Part shown: one piece after another, positions 1 through 8,981 of the stretch
Numbering within the stretch: position 1 is the stretch's first letter
How the letters are laid out: every line of letters starts with the position of its first letter
Assembly (NCBI GenBank): GCA_964609855.1
Contig: CAZSTB010000006.1
Coordinates: 365-64,364, forward strand
DNA from: an uncultured Bdellovibrionales bacterium
GTDB lineage: Bacteria > Patescibacteriota > Minisyncoccia > Moranbacterales > GWC2-37-73
DNA length: 64,000 nucleotides
Direction of reading: 5' to 3'
Notes under the pieces: model-generated
What the model saw: the letters and a program-made list of their open reading frames with translations, nothing else
Database searches by the model: none
What the model was told of the DNA's origin: nothing
Made by a program: the position numbers and the translations under genes

Positions 1-78
1 ATCGGATGCAATAATGCGCCGAATAACAATGGTACTCGCCTTAAGGCATGCGTACCTAATCTACGGGAGGTAGATATT

Positions 79-612
79 ATGAAAAAAGCACCTTATAACA
101 GAATTTCAAGCAAGTACCCTGCAATCAAAACAGCACTGGAGCATCTGCTTGAGAAAACCACCATTTCTGCAAGGGTAATTGGCGATATTGAAGAAATAAT
201 TAAACGCCAAATTACACCAGACGACCTGGAAAGAGTGCCTGAGGATAGCTTGCGCATCGAAGCAAGTGCGAGTTGTGAGGAATTCCCAGTCCATTTTCCC
301 GAGTATTTCAGAGTTTCGAGAACTCTCAAAGAGATCGTGATTATAGTGGCTGAAAACGGCGCAGCAGAAGTTTGCGCAGGGCTGAATAGCAAATATTACT
401 ATTCAGAGTTTGATGAAGAAGACAACGATGCTTCAGCCGAAGAAGGTTATTGCTTAAAGGAAGCCCTGGAGGAAATTGGGTGCTTCAAATACATCATCTG
501 GGCATCAATGGTTCGCGACTCATTGGTAGAGTGCGACTTCGTGGGTGATCCTCGGGATGTGACCGTGACTAACCGAAGGTTTAAAGTGGAAGTACTCATG
601 CCAGAAAAATAG
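79..612 (+). CDS. hypothetical protein
   Basis: 177-aa ORF with GGGAGG Shine-Dalgarno upstream and a hairpin+T tract downstream; no recognisable motif. Confidence 0.65.
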   Translation: MKKAPYNRISSKYPAIKTALEHLLEKTTISARVIGDIEEIIKRQITPDDLERVPEDSLRIEASASCEEFPVHFPEYFRVSRTLKEIVIIVAENGAAEVCAGLNSKYYYSEFDEEDNDASAEEGYCLKEALEEIGCFKYIIWASMVRDSLVECDFVGDPRDVTVTNRRFKVEVLMPEK

Positions 613-629
613 CATGGGTTGTTAAACTG

Positions 630-668
630 AGGCGTTGCAAGCATATTGCAGCGCCCTTTTTATTTTTA
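630..668 (+). terminator. intrinsic terminator
   Basis: GGCGTTGCAA-gcata-TTGCAGCGCC stem followed by T tract. Confidence 0.7.
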
Positions 669-838
669 CAAAAAATTATCAATTAAAACGCTTTATTCAT
701 AAATCCAGTACTAACCGTATTGACTAGCCAGCTCAGTGAAAACGGCTTTTTGTTTTGCAATATTATAATATAATTGACTTTTAATTTTTTTTAGTGTAAA
801 CTTATAAGTTCATTAAAAACTATCAAAGGAGCTCGGAT

Positions 839-1294
839 ATGAAAATATTCATTGATGCCACATTTAAAGGGGTAGTTAGGTTGATTGTTGATGGAATATT
901 GCTTTTAATGATAGGATTTATTTCTTCATCAGCCCTCGCTTTACCAGCAATAATGATACAGGTCATTTTAGTTTCAGTGTTTTTTTATGAGAAGATATTT
1001 CTTGCAGACATTAAAGGTGATAAATTGAGAGAAGAAATTGAAAGGGAATTTCCTGTTCCAGATGGCATTATAAGTTTTATAATCATCTTGGACTTCGTGT
1101 GGAGTAACTTAAGGAATTTAGCATCAATAACTTTTTTTACTCTCGCTTTTTCGGCAGGAATCGTTTTGAATGAAGCTATGTTAAATCAGATAAATATTAT
1201 TAATTTATTTTCGATTTGTAGCCTCGTTTTCGTCGCAGTTTTGATCGGTTGTTTTTCTGGAGCATTAATTGGAAATCTGATAAAACAAGATTAG
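839..1294 (+). CDS. hypothetical membrane protein
   Basis: 151 aa, about 4 hydrophobic segments, AAGGAG SD. Confidence 0.65.
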   Translation: MKIFIDATFKGVVRLIVDGILLLMIGFISSSALALPAIMIQVILVSVFFYEKIFLADIKGDKLREEIEREFPVPDGIISFIIILDFVWSNLRNLASITFFTLAFSAGIVLNEAMLNQINIINLFSICSLVFVAVLIGCFSGALIGNLIKQD

Positions 1295-1460
1295 TTCAAA
1301 ATTCTATTTTTGCTATTCCAATGCTCCTAGTCAATGCTTTGTTAAAGGTCGTCCCGATGCGGAACGATCTTTTTTATTTATAAATCAAAGCAAGCCGTTT
1401 CAATAAAAAGGGCTCTTATTTCATAGACCCAATGCCAACTATGCTCACTAGTTAGCTCAA

Positions 1461-1498
1461 AAATTCAGAAGCACTCCATATGGAGTGCTTCTGAATTT
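1461..1498. terminator. perfect 38-bp palindrome, probable bidirectional terminator
   Basis: AAATTCAGAAGCACTCCAT|ATGGAGTGCTTCTGAATTT between convergent genes. Confidence 0.65.
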
Positions 1499-1529
1499 GT
1501 GAATCAGATGTATTTTTGTTGCATTTTTT

Positions 1530-1769
1530 CTAACGTACGGCTTTTACGATGGCGATTAAAACAACAGCTCCAAGCAAGGCAACCAGCATGCTATATAGAT
1601 TGAAGCCTGTGACGCCGCTTTGCCCCAAAAAGCTCATGAGCCATCCTCCTAATACTGCGCCAACAATTCCTAAAACGATATCTAGAACTAAACCTTCATT
1701 GGTTCCCATAATTATTGAGGCTACCCAACCTACGATTGCACCAAAGACGATCCATAAAATAATTCCCAT
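1530..1769 (-). CDS. GlsB/YeaQ/YmgE (transglycosylase-associated) membrane protein
   Basis: WIVFGAIVGWVAS...DIVLGIVGAVLGGWL...GAVVLI pattern. Confidence 0.9.
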   Translation of the reverse strand: MGIILWIVFGAIVGWVASIIMGTNEGLVLDIVLGIVGAVLGGWLMSFLGQSGVTGFNLYSMLVALLGAVVLIAIVKAVR

Positions 1770-1804
1770 ATATTTTTTATTAATTTAGTTAATTTAATTT
1801 TTTT

Positions 1805-2164
1805 TTAATTTTTTTCTTGTTCGTCTAATTTTACGGCCGCTTCCTGCGTCGAAACAGTTTTGCCAAGTAAAAACAAATTAATGATGCCAAGCGCAATTAT
1901 CCAATATACGAACATTGCAAGAAGCGTTGTCCACTCAAAAACACTGTCTGCTAATTTTGAAATACGAAAGACGCTGAGAAATGGAGCAGTAAAAATGTGC
2001 GTTGCTCCATAGATGAAGTTAGTAAAGCCCGCATCGGCATTTGCGCCAAATAATTTTAGGACAAAACGAAAAGCAAGCAGTATCTCTAAGAGACTCAAAA
2101 GATACCAAACTATTCGTGTTCCGTGATAAAGAGGCTTTGTGCTGGGTGAGTTTGAGGAATTCAT
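1805..2164 (-). CDS. YggT family membrane protein
   Basis: LAFRFVLKLFGAN...FTNFIYGAT..FTAPF motif. Confidence 0.8.
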   Translation of the reverse strand: MNSSNSPSTKPLYHGTRIVWYLLSLLEILLAFRFVLKLFGANADAGFTNFIYGATHIFTAPFLSVFRISKLADSVFEWTTLLAMFVYWIIALGIINLFLLGKTVSTQEAAVKLDEQEKN

Positions 2165-2222
2165 ATTTTTGAAGAATGTTATTGAACTAAGAATTTCTTA
2201 AGCAGCTTTTTTATGACATAAG

Positions 2223-2390
2223 CTATATATCAGCTTTTCTGATGATTGTTTCCGAAGGTAAATATGCAGCTAAGATTTTTTCTACAAGAGAAGTTAAGCT
2301 TAACCCCTCGACAATGGCCTGTGCTTTTGCTTGCCGTAAGACGTGCGGTTTCAAAAATAAGGTTACACGTTGTTTTTCAATTTTAGTCAT
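2223..2390 (-). CDS. small ribbon-helix-helix (CopG-like) protein, absent from the ORF track
   Basis: Hand translation: MTKIEKQRVTLFLKPHVLRQAKAQAIVEGLSLTSLVEKILAAYLPSETIIRKADI* (55 aa); beta-strand RVTLFL followed by two helices. Confidence 0.75.
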   Translation of the reverse strand: MTKIEKQRVTLFLKPHVLRQAKAQAIVEGLSLTSLVEKILAAYLPSETIIRKADI

Positions 2391-2550
2391 ATTCCTAATT
2401 TGAGAAATTAACTATTTGTAGTCGTTGTATAGGTATAATTACTACTACATATACAAGCGGCTTTATATTTCAAAAAATTTGGTTGCTTTAAATTAAGTAG
2501 CTAGCTATTTTTAAAAGTAAAATTTAAATTTGTTGTAAGTTATCTTTCGG

Positions 2551-3597
2551 CTAGTTCATTTTTTTTCTTAGGTCTTTCTTTAGTATTTTCTTATAAATAC
2601 TCACATAGCGCTCAGCCATCAATTTGGCATTAAATTTTTCAAGAGCATGCTCTCTGCAAAATTCTCGCTGGACAGTGTCAATTTTCTTGACTGCCTCAAT
2701 CATTTCGTGAATATCTGAAACAACGAACCCTGTTTTTTTATTGAGAATTATTTCAGGAATTGAGCCTTTCTTGAAAGCAATCACTGGGCAGCCGCATGCC
2801 ATGGCCTCAATCAGCGTTAAACCGAAAGGTTCTTTGAATGTAACTGGATGTAAAAAACACATTGCTTTGCTCATGAGCTTGTTTCTTTCATCTTCATTGA
2901 CCTCGCCAATCCATTTTATATTTTCTGAAAGTCTTGGTCCGACGAATTGATTAAAATAGGGCATATCAATTTCATCAAGTTTTGCTGCTATAATAAGAGG
3001 AAGATTTAGATGAAGTGCAGTCTGGATTGCAAAATGGACACCTTTTTCAAGAGAAATTCTTCCGACAAATAAGAGATAACCTTCGTGGGAATTCGAAAAC
3101 GGGTAATTTTCCATTGAAAGTCCATTGTACACATTTCCGATTGCATTCATACCGGAAATATTTTTTATTTGTGATTTAGAAATTGAAATTAAAAAAGGTT
3201 TTTGTAGGGCTTGATACATGTTTCTGACTTCAGGCGTGAATGAACCGTGATAGGTCATAGCAACTGGCCTTTGGCAGATGTTAGCAGTTGGCAAACCGAG
3301 ATAACCGGTATGATCATGAATAATATCGAATTCATCCTGTATTTGATATGCCTTTCCAATATGCAGCATCGTTAAGATATTGGCTCCATATAAATCCTCA
3401 ATTCTCGCAGCTCGAAGTGCACGTGGGTATATTGATTCCAGCTTGGCCGATGTTTTGGAATCGCCACTGGCAAAAAGTGTGACCTCGTGCCCCATTTTTA
3501 TGAGTTGTTCCGTTAATTCATGTATTACGCGTTCAGTTCCGCCATACTTAGCGGGTGGAACACGTTCAATAATTGGCGCAATTTGTGCAATTTTCAT
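2551..3597 (-). CDS. glycosyltransferase family 4
   Basis: MKIAQIAP..VPP..YGGTERV N-terminus; EPFGLTLIEAMACG motif. Confidence 0.93.
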   Translation of the reverse strand: MKIAQIAPIIERVPPAKYGGTERVIHELTEQLIKMGHEVTLFASGDSKTSAKLESIYPRALRAARIEDLYGANILTMLHIGKAYQIQDEFDIIHDHTGYLGLPTANICQRPVAMTYHGSFTPEVRNMYQALQKPFLISISKSQIKNISGMNAIGNVYNGLSMENYPFSNSHEGYLLFVGRISLEKGVHFAIQTALHLNLPLIIAAKLDEIDMPYFNQFVGPRLSENIKWIGEVNEDERNKLMSKAMCFLHPVTFKEPFGLTLIEAMACGCPVIAFKKGSIPEIILNKKTGFVVSDIHEMIEAVKKIDTVQREFCREHALEKFNAKLMAERYVSIYKKILKKDLRKKMN

Positions 3598-3717
3598 AAA
3601 GCAATGTGTATTTTGGATTAATACAAGATTCAGGCATGTTTATTCTTTGCTTGCCGCTGTTGAGGTGGCTATGCGAATAGGGTCGCGGTAGAGCCAAGGA
3701 AGAGCTTAAGAAAAAAC

Positions 3718-3750
3718 AAAGGAGTTTGCTTTATTAGCAAACTCCTTTTT
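3718..3750. terminator. intrinsic terminator
   Basis: AAAGGAGTTTGCT-ttatt-AGCAAACTCCTTT hairpin. Confidence 0.65.
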
Positions 3751-3788
3751 CATTCTCTATCAAGCGAAAATCTAAGAGAAGATAGGTA

Positions 3789-4811
3789 TTATAAATTTTT
3801 ATTAAAAAAATCCAAGGTTCGCCGCATGAAAATATTTTGCGACACATAAAAGACATGTCCTTCACTTGGATATTCAAAATAGCTGACGTCTTTACCTTGC
3901 GACTTTAATTCATTTGCCAAATCTCTCGACCACTGAACTGGAACATCGGGATCAAGTAATCCTTGGTGTATTATTAGCGGTCGCGTGATTTTGTCGAAAT
4001 AATTATTTGCCGAAATGCTTTTCCAAAATTCGGGATTTTCTTCGTATGTTCCATATGTTTCCAGGAAAGTTTTTGCTGTTTCGGAAAAGTCATTAGCAAC
4101 CCAGCGGTCATAATTTTTTTTGTAGTCTGCATTTATCGGCGCAAGTAGCGCATAAGCCTGAGCGCTATTTGGTTTGGTTACCATTACATTAAGTGCAATC
4201 CCTCCTCCCAACGAATGACCAAGCATAAAGATTTTTTCCCGGTTTAAAAAAGATAGCTCAGATTTTTTCAGCGCACTTATTCCATTAAGCACGTCTTCTA
4301 CATAGCCAGTACGTGGGCGCACGTCATTATATGGATCCCCATCAGAATTTCCGTAGCCTCTGTAATCAGAATAAAATGTAACGTATCCATTTCTCGCAAA
4401 AAAATCTTGCTCTCTTTGCATCCCGCCTTGTCCGATGCGATAAGCCGCTGGTTCAATATAGCCATGATTTATAATAACGATTGGGAATGGTCCTTCGCCA
4501 ATCGGAATATTCATAGCACCTGAAATTTTCAGACCTTCGCTTTTATAAGTTATGTAGTGGCGGGTATATAAATTATTTTGTGTAATAATTTTTTCCAGTT
4601 TTAAGTCAGTTCCTTGAAATTCTTTTTTTGACATTTCAAGAATTGATTCGGGCCAGGTTTTATTTTGCGTATCAGGTTGCATAATTTGCTGATTTTCAAT
4701 TGGAATATTTATTTTCCTGGAATTATTTTCAGACCAAAAAACTACAAAAATAATTGCAGCAAAGAGAATTCCTAAAAACAGAAGAATTTTTTTCATATTT
4801 TTATTGACCAC
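3789..4811 (-). CDS. membrane-anchored alpha/beta hydrolase (S9 peptidase-like)
   Basis: N-terminal TM; HGY, GHSLGG nucleophile elbow, D-x-x-VP and EGH catalytic motifs. Confidence 0.88.
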   Translation of the reverse strand: MVNKNMKKILLFLGILFAAIIFVVFWSENNSRKINIPIENQQIMQPDTQNKTWPESILEMSKKEFQGTDLKLEKIITQNNLYTRHYITYKSEGLKISGAMNIPIGEGPFPIVIINHGYIEPAAYRIGQGGMQREQDFFARNGYVTFYSDYRGYGNSDGDPYNDVRPRTGYVEDVLNGISALKKSELSFLNREKIFMLGHSLGGGIALNVMVTKPNSAQAYALLAPINADYKKNYDRWVANDFSETAKTFLETYGTYEENPEFWKSISANNYFDKITRPLIIHQGLLDPDVPVQWSRDLANELKSQGKDVSYFEYPSEGHVFYVSQNIFMRRTLDFFNKNL

Positions 4812-4971
4812 TGATAATTTTGAATGAAATATTTTTAATTATTGCAGGATTGCGGTTTGCATCTATTATTACAAAATACTTAGAAAGGATATTTTCTAGT
4901 TTCTATAATAATTAAGCTTAACGTGATAAGATAGTTTAGGCAAGACATTAATACAGCTAAAATAGAAATCC

Positions 4972-5463
4972 ATGTTTTCGAAAATACTAGCTTTGTTTAC
5001 AATTCCAGGCGTTGTTGTTCACGAGTTTGGTCATCAATTTTTTTGTCATTTAATGAGAGTTAAAGTTCGAGAAGTTTGTTACTTTCGTTTTGGAAATCCG
5101 GCAGGTTACGTAATGCATGATCAGGCGGGAAACTTCGTTCAAGCTTTTTTTATTAGTGCAGGACCGCTTCTTTTCGGATCGCTATTTTCTGCTGTGATGT
5201 TTTATTTTTTTCAGTCTGCAGGCGAATTGGAATGGAGGATGGTTTACATGTGGCTGGGATTTTCAGTGGCGATGCATTGCTTGCCAAGTAGAGGAGATGC
5301 AAAAAGTCTCTGGCAACAGAATTGGTCTCAGGCGAAGAGCAATATCTTGGCAATTTTTGGAATGCCGTTGGTTTTTATTATTTGGGTTTTGAGTATGTTG
5401 AATTTTCTTGTTTTTAATATTAGTTACGCTATTTTACTTTATATGATTTCGCAATATATTTAA
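4972..5463 (+). CDS. membrane zincin-type metalloprotease-like protein
   Basis: PGVVVHEFGH (HExxH), AGP and PSxxD motifs. Confidence 0.75.
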   Translation: MFSKILALFTIPGVVVHEFGHQFFCHLMRVKVREVCYFRFGNPAGYVMHDQAGNFVQAFFISAGPLLFGSLFSAVMFYFFQSAGELEWRMVYMWLGFSVAMHCLPSRGDAKSLWQQNWSQAKSNILAIFGMPLVFIIWVLSMLNFLVFNISYAILLYMISQYI

Positions 5464-5620
5464 ATTTCCGCGAAACTGAAAAATTTCTAGTATGAAAAAG
5501 AAGCAACCTGTTTGGATTGCTTCTTTTTTAATAAATGGCTCACCAGAGCCACGATTCAATGATTCCTGAAAAAAATTGGATTGAAAATGGCTTATTTGAG
5601 CCAAAAGGCCATGTTTATGG

Positions 5621-5649
5621 TTGACTGCATGGCAAAAAAGTGCTATTAT
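5621..5649 (+). promoter_or_regulatory. sigma70-type promoter of the 3D-domain gene
   Basis: TTGACT-17 nt-TATTAT. Confidence 0.6.
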
Positions 5650-5779
5650 TGACGGTTGACAATATGAGCCAGAGAAATTTAAGGTAGAAATCTGACCTTG
5701 GAAAATGGCTTAGTTGACCCAATTGCTTGTACTTAAAAGGGTGCAATGCAAGCGTTGGTTAACCAGTAAGTGATACTAC

Positions 5780-6343
5780 ATGCGTATAATCAGGATTGTT
5801 GTGATCCTCCTTGCTATGCTAATGATGGTTTTCCCATTTTTAGCTTCAGCAAACGAGACAATAAACTCTGATACAAATATAAATAAAACATTACTATATT
5901 TTTCAAAATTAATCGGTTCTGAAGTCGAAGCTGCTGAAACCGTGGTTAGCGAGCCTATTGAAATTGAAACACCAAAAACCGAAGAAGAAGTGAAAAGAGA
6001 TGCGATTTTAGGCAAATGGAAAACCAAACAAGCTTTAAAATGGGAAAATCTGCCAAAAGAAAGTTTTACAATCAATGCTTCGGCCTACACTGCTGCTGCC
6101 GATGAATGTGATAAGAGCGATGGTGTAACCGCTTCAGGGCTAGTTGTGAAAGCCAATAGAACTATTGCTTGTCCGCCGGAATTTCCCTTTGGAGTAAAAA
6201 TACAGATTGCTGATATGGGTATATTTGTGTGCGAAGACCGCGGCGGCGCTATCAAGGCTAACAAGATAGATATATACATGGAAACAAAAGACGAAGCTTT
6301 CAAATTTGGTAGACAAAATCTAATTGCCCAAGTTGTAGAGTAG
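5780..6343 (+). CDS. secreted 3D-domain protein (peptidoglycan remodelling)
   Basis: signal peptide; SAYT..GVTASG..IA..PFG..EDRGGAIK..IDIY motif. Confidence 0.9.
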   Translation: MRIIRIVVILLAMLMMVFPFLASANETINSDTNINKTLLYFSKLIGSEVEAAETVVSEPIEIETPKTEEEVKRDAILGKWKTKQALKWENLPKESFTINASAYTAAADECDKSDGVTASGLVVKANRTIACPPEFPFGVKIQIADMGIFVCEDRGGAIKANKIDIYMETKDEAFKFGRQNLIAQVVE

Positions 6344-6348
6344 CTGCT

Positions 6349-6378
6349 AAAAATACCCCTATTGCAGGGGTATTTTTT
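6349..6378 (+). terminator. intrinsic terminator
   Basis: AAAATACCCCT-attgc-AGGGGTATTTT plus T tract. Confidence 0.75.
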
Positions 6379-6480
6379 GTTTTCAATTGACTTGGGGTGC
6401 GGATTTTGATAAGCTTATTAGGTGCAGCAGCCAGCCGCATGATTGAGTGTCAATTGTAAACTTGCGCTCAGTGAAAAAAA

Positions 6481-6551
6481 GGTCACATGGCGGAGTGGTT
6501 ACGCAGCGGTCTGCAAAACCGCGTACTCCGGTTCAATTCCGGATGTGACCT
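6481..6551 (+). tRNA. tRNA-Cys(GCA)
   Basis: GGTCACA/TGTGACC acceptor stem; GCGGT-ctGCAaa-ACCGC anticodon arm; GGTTCAATTCC T-arm; CCA not encoded. Confidence 0.95.
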
Positions 6552-6562
6552 CAGGAGATTTT

Positions 6563-6646
6563 GCCGCGATGGTGAAATTGGTATACACTAGGGACTTAAA
6601 ATCCCTCGGGAGCAATCCCATGCGAGTTCGAGTCTCGCTCGCGGCA
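6563..6646 (+). tRNA. tRNA-Leu(TAA)
   Basis: GCCGCGA/TCGCGGC acceptor; AGGGA-ctTAAaa-TCCCT anticodon arm; long variable arm; GTTCGAGTC T-loop. Confidence 0.95.
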
Positions 6647-6770
6647 CAAGATGAGATAAAAACTTCTTTGAAAAAAGAGGTTTTTATTTTTTTAAAACAA
6701 AATTGATGTTATAATAAAGCTAAGTTAAAATCATCCTTCATTAATGGTACCTTAACAACAGGGGGTTATC

Positions 6771-7313
6771 ATGAGAAATATCGAACGGACCGAGGCGTCT
6801 CAATTTTTGCGGGCAGCTCTGCTCGAAGCTATGCATTCACCCTGCAGTACAGTAAAAGAAGGAATTGTCATAGTCAACGATAACAGAGAAATAATTAAAA
6901 CGGGATACAAGCGATTTGCTTCTCAGCGTGGAATCCTTTGTCGTGGCGGTGGAGAATGTCACAAGAGGGATATGTGGACGAGCTGCCCTGCGGAGCATAC
7001 GTTAAGAGCAACTCTTACGAGCACTTTTCACGATGGGCATTGCTTGAATGAAGCTACGTTATATATGGTTTCTATTGTGGGTGAGCGATTTTATATCGCA
7101 AACAACATCGCATGCTGCAATGTTTGCGAAGCGATAGTCATTCATTCCGGAATTAAGGTAGCGCTTTGGTCACATGGAGAAAAAGTCGTCGGGTGCGTGG
7201 AACATGATACAGCTGATTTGAAAAGATTGAAAATCATGCACATCGTTCAATCTAATGTAAATGTTGGATTTCCGCTTGAAACTTGGGAATCTCAATTTGC
7301 GGTCAATGCATAA
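6771..7313 (+). CDS. divergent cytidine/dCMP deaminase-fold protein
   Basis: SPC...GIVIV...II.TGY N-terminus, PAE in place of HAE, ATLY, CCNVC in place of PCxxC. Confidence 0.65.
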   Translation: MRNIERTEASQFLRAALLEAMHSPCSTVKEGIVIVNDNREIIKTGYKRFASQRGILCRGGGECHKRDMWTSCPAEHTLRATLTSTFHDGHCLNEATLYMVSIVGERFYIANNIACCNVCEAIVIHSGIKVALWSHGEKVVGCVEHDTADLKRLKIMHIVQSNVNVGFPLETWESQFAVNA

Positions 7314-7320
7314 ATGCAAA

Positions 7321-7352
7321 AGAGGGCTAGCGCAAAACGTTAGCCCTCTATT
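7321..7352. terminator. terminator between convergent genes
   Basis: AGAGGGCTAGCG-caaaa-CGTTAGCCCTCT hairpin. Confidence 0.7.
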
Positions 7353-7369
7353 TTATTTCGTACATATGA

Positions 7370-7930
7370 TTATAGTAAGGTGGGAATTTTTCGAAAATCG
7401 TCTTCAAACAGTGCGCGCGTCTTTTTATTTTGACGAGCCGCAGCTGGATGATGGATGGGAAATAATTTTACTGCCGTCTCACCGATGGATACTTCGAAGA
7501 TTTTTCCATGTACTTGAGAAATTTTAGCATCAGGTAAAAAACAATTCAAAGCAAATCGACCAAGTGTTATGATTATTTTAGGATTGATTATCGCTATTTG
7601 TTTTTCGAGCAGGGGAATGCAAGCAGCAATTTCTTCCGCAAGTGGATCTCGATTTTCTGGCGGTCTACATTTTAAAATATTCGTCAGGTAAACATCGTCT
7701 CGCTTCAAATTTATTGATGCAAGCATTTTATCTAAAATTTTACCACTACTGCCAACAAAGGGAATTCCTGTTTCAGCCTCTTTTTTCCCAGGAGCTTCGC
7801 CGATAAACATTACTTCAGCATCGGTATTACCAGATCCAAAAACTAAAGCTGCTGAATTGCATTTAAGAGGACATCCTGTACAGCCGGAAAGTGTTAATTT
7901 TAAACTGTTTAATTTTTCTTGTTTATTCAT
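7370..7930 (-). CDS. uracil-DNA glycosylase family 4
   Basis: CxxCPL Fe-S motif, GEAPG, PFVG.SG, KCRPPENRDP, HPAA. Confidence 0.95.
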   Translation of the reverse strand: MNKQEKLNSLKLTLSGCTGCPLKCNSAALVFGSGNTDAEVMFIGEAPGKKEAETGIPFVGSSGKILDKMLASINLKRDDVYLTNILKCRPPENRDPLAEEIAACIPLLEKQIAIINPKIIITLGRFALNCFLPDAKISQVHGKIFEVSIGETAVKLFPIHHPAAARQNKKTRALFEDDFRKIPTLL

Positions 7931-8003
7931 GATCTAATAATATCTCAATAATTTCAATAAGAAAAGCGCCCGACTGGGCGCTTTGGGAGAAATTTACTTT
8001 TGT

Positions 8004-8981
8004 TTATTTGATGGTATATTTTGAAACTTTACTTTTTTTGTTAGTTTTCTGGTCTACGGCGTACCAGAAATATTTTCCCGCCGGTTTGTTGGCCACATAA
8101 TCTATACTGAATGAACCTTTAGGGCTCGTTGATACCTCGACTGGTGAGTAGTAGCCGCCTGATGTTTTTGAGAAGTAAACAAGCACAGTACTGTTTTTGG
8201 AAAATCTTTTGCCGCGCTGTGTCATTAGGGCCCCTCTGGAAACATTTTTTGCAGAAACTGAGATTTGTCGTAGAGGTTGATAGGTAACATGCTTTTTTAT
8301 TATTTCAGAAGTTGCTCCACTAGCATCTTTAAGTTTAAGGTAAAATTTATATTGCTTAGCCTCTGAATCCAAATCAATTGAAATAGAATCATCGATAGTT
8401 TTCCAAGATGCGCCTTTGAAATTAGATTTTTCTGATAGCATGTAATGTGTCGCTTCTCCGTAATTTTCGAGCTTCATCGTCAGTTCTCTTTCCGAGGTCT
8501 TTTTGACTGATTCATCTTCATCCTCAATGGATACTGATAATTTTGAAAAATCATTGATAATTTGAAGTTCACTTTTGGTTTCATCCGAGGCAATATTAGA
8601 AGCTATATCTGTTACTGTTGCAGTTACTTCATAAATGCCTATTGGCAAAGTAGAAATTGTATTATCAGCAATCTCCCATGTTTGCCAAGTGCCGGTAACT
8701 GCATTTTGATTGGTGATTGAAGTCGCATTTCCTTGCCAGACGCTTGCCCCGCTTGAATTGAATATTGCTACTTGAATACTTGTTACCGGACCATGCAAAT
8801 ATTCACCTCTTAGTGCAGGATTTTTATCAGTAGTTTTTATAGCCTGAATTTTAACCTGCGGAGGCGTAATATGGTCATATCCATAACCGATAGCAACATT
8901 CTCATCGCTAAATTTATCGAAAGCAGTTAAAACTCCTGTAAACATTAAGATGGTGAGAATCGTTTTTGCTTGTGCGTTCAT
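8004..8981 (-). CDS. secreted Ig-like/beta-rich surface protein
   Basis: signal-like N-terminus; DITPP..P.LRG..W..L..G.Y.V.ATVTD.ASN bacterial Ig-like segment. Confidence 0.65.
   Translation of the reverse strand: MNAQAKTILTILMFTGVLTAFDKFSDENVAIGYGYDHITPPQVKIQAIKTTDKNPALRGEYLHGPVTSIQVAIFNSSGASVWQGNATSITNQNAVTGTWQTWEIADNTISTLPIGIYEVTATVTDIASNIASDETKSELQIINDFSKLSVSIEDEDESVKKTSERELTMKLENYGEATHYMLSEKSNFKGASWKTIDDSISIDLDSEAKQYKFYLKLKDASGATSEIIKKHVTYQPLRQISVSAKNVSRGALMTQRGKRFSKNSTVLVYFSKTSGGYYSPVEVSTSPKGSFSIDYVANKPAGKYFWYAVDQKTNKKSKVSKYTIK

Noticed and set aside
3600-3715. Moderately GC-rich leader upstream of the GT4 gene as a riboswitch
   Set aside because: No convincing stems or known consensus found by eye.
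6443-6706. 87-aa ORF
   Set aside because: Overlies tRNA-Cys and tRNA-Leu; shadow ORF.
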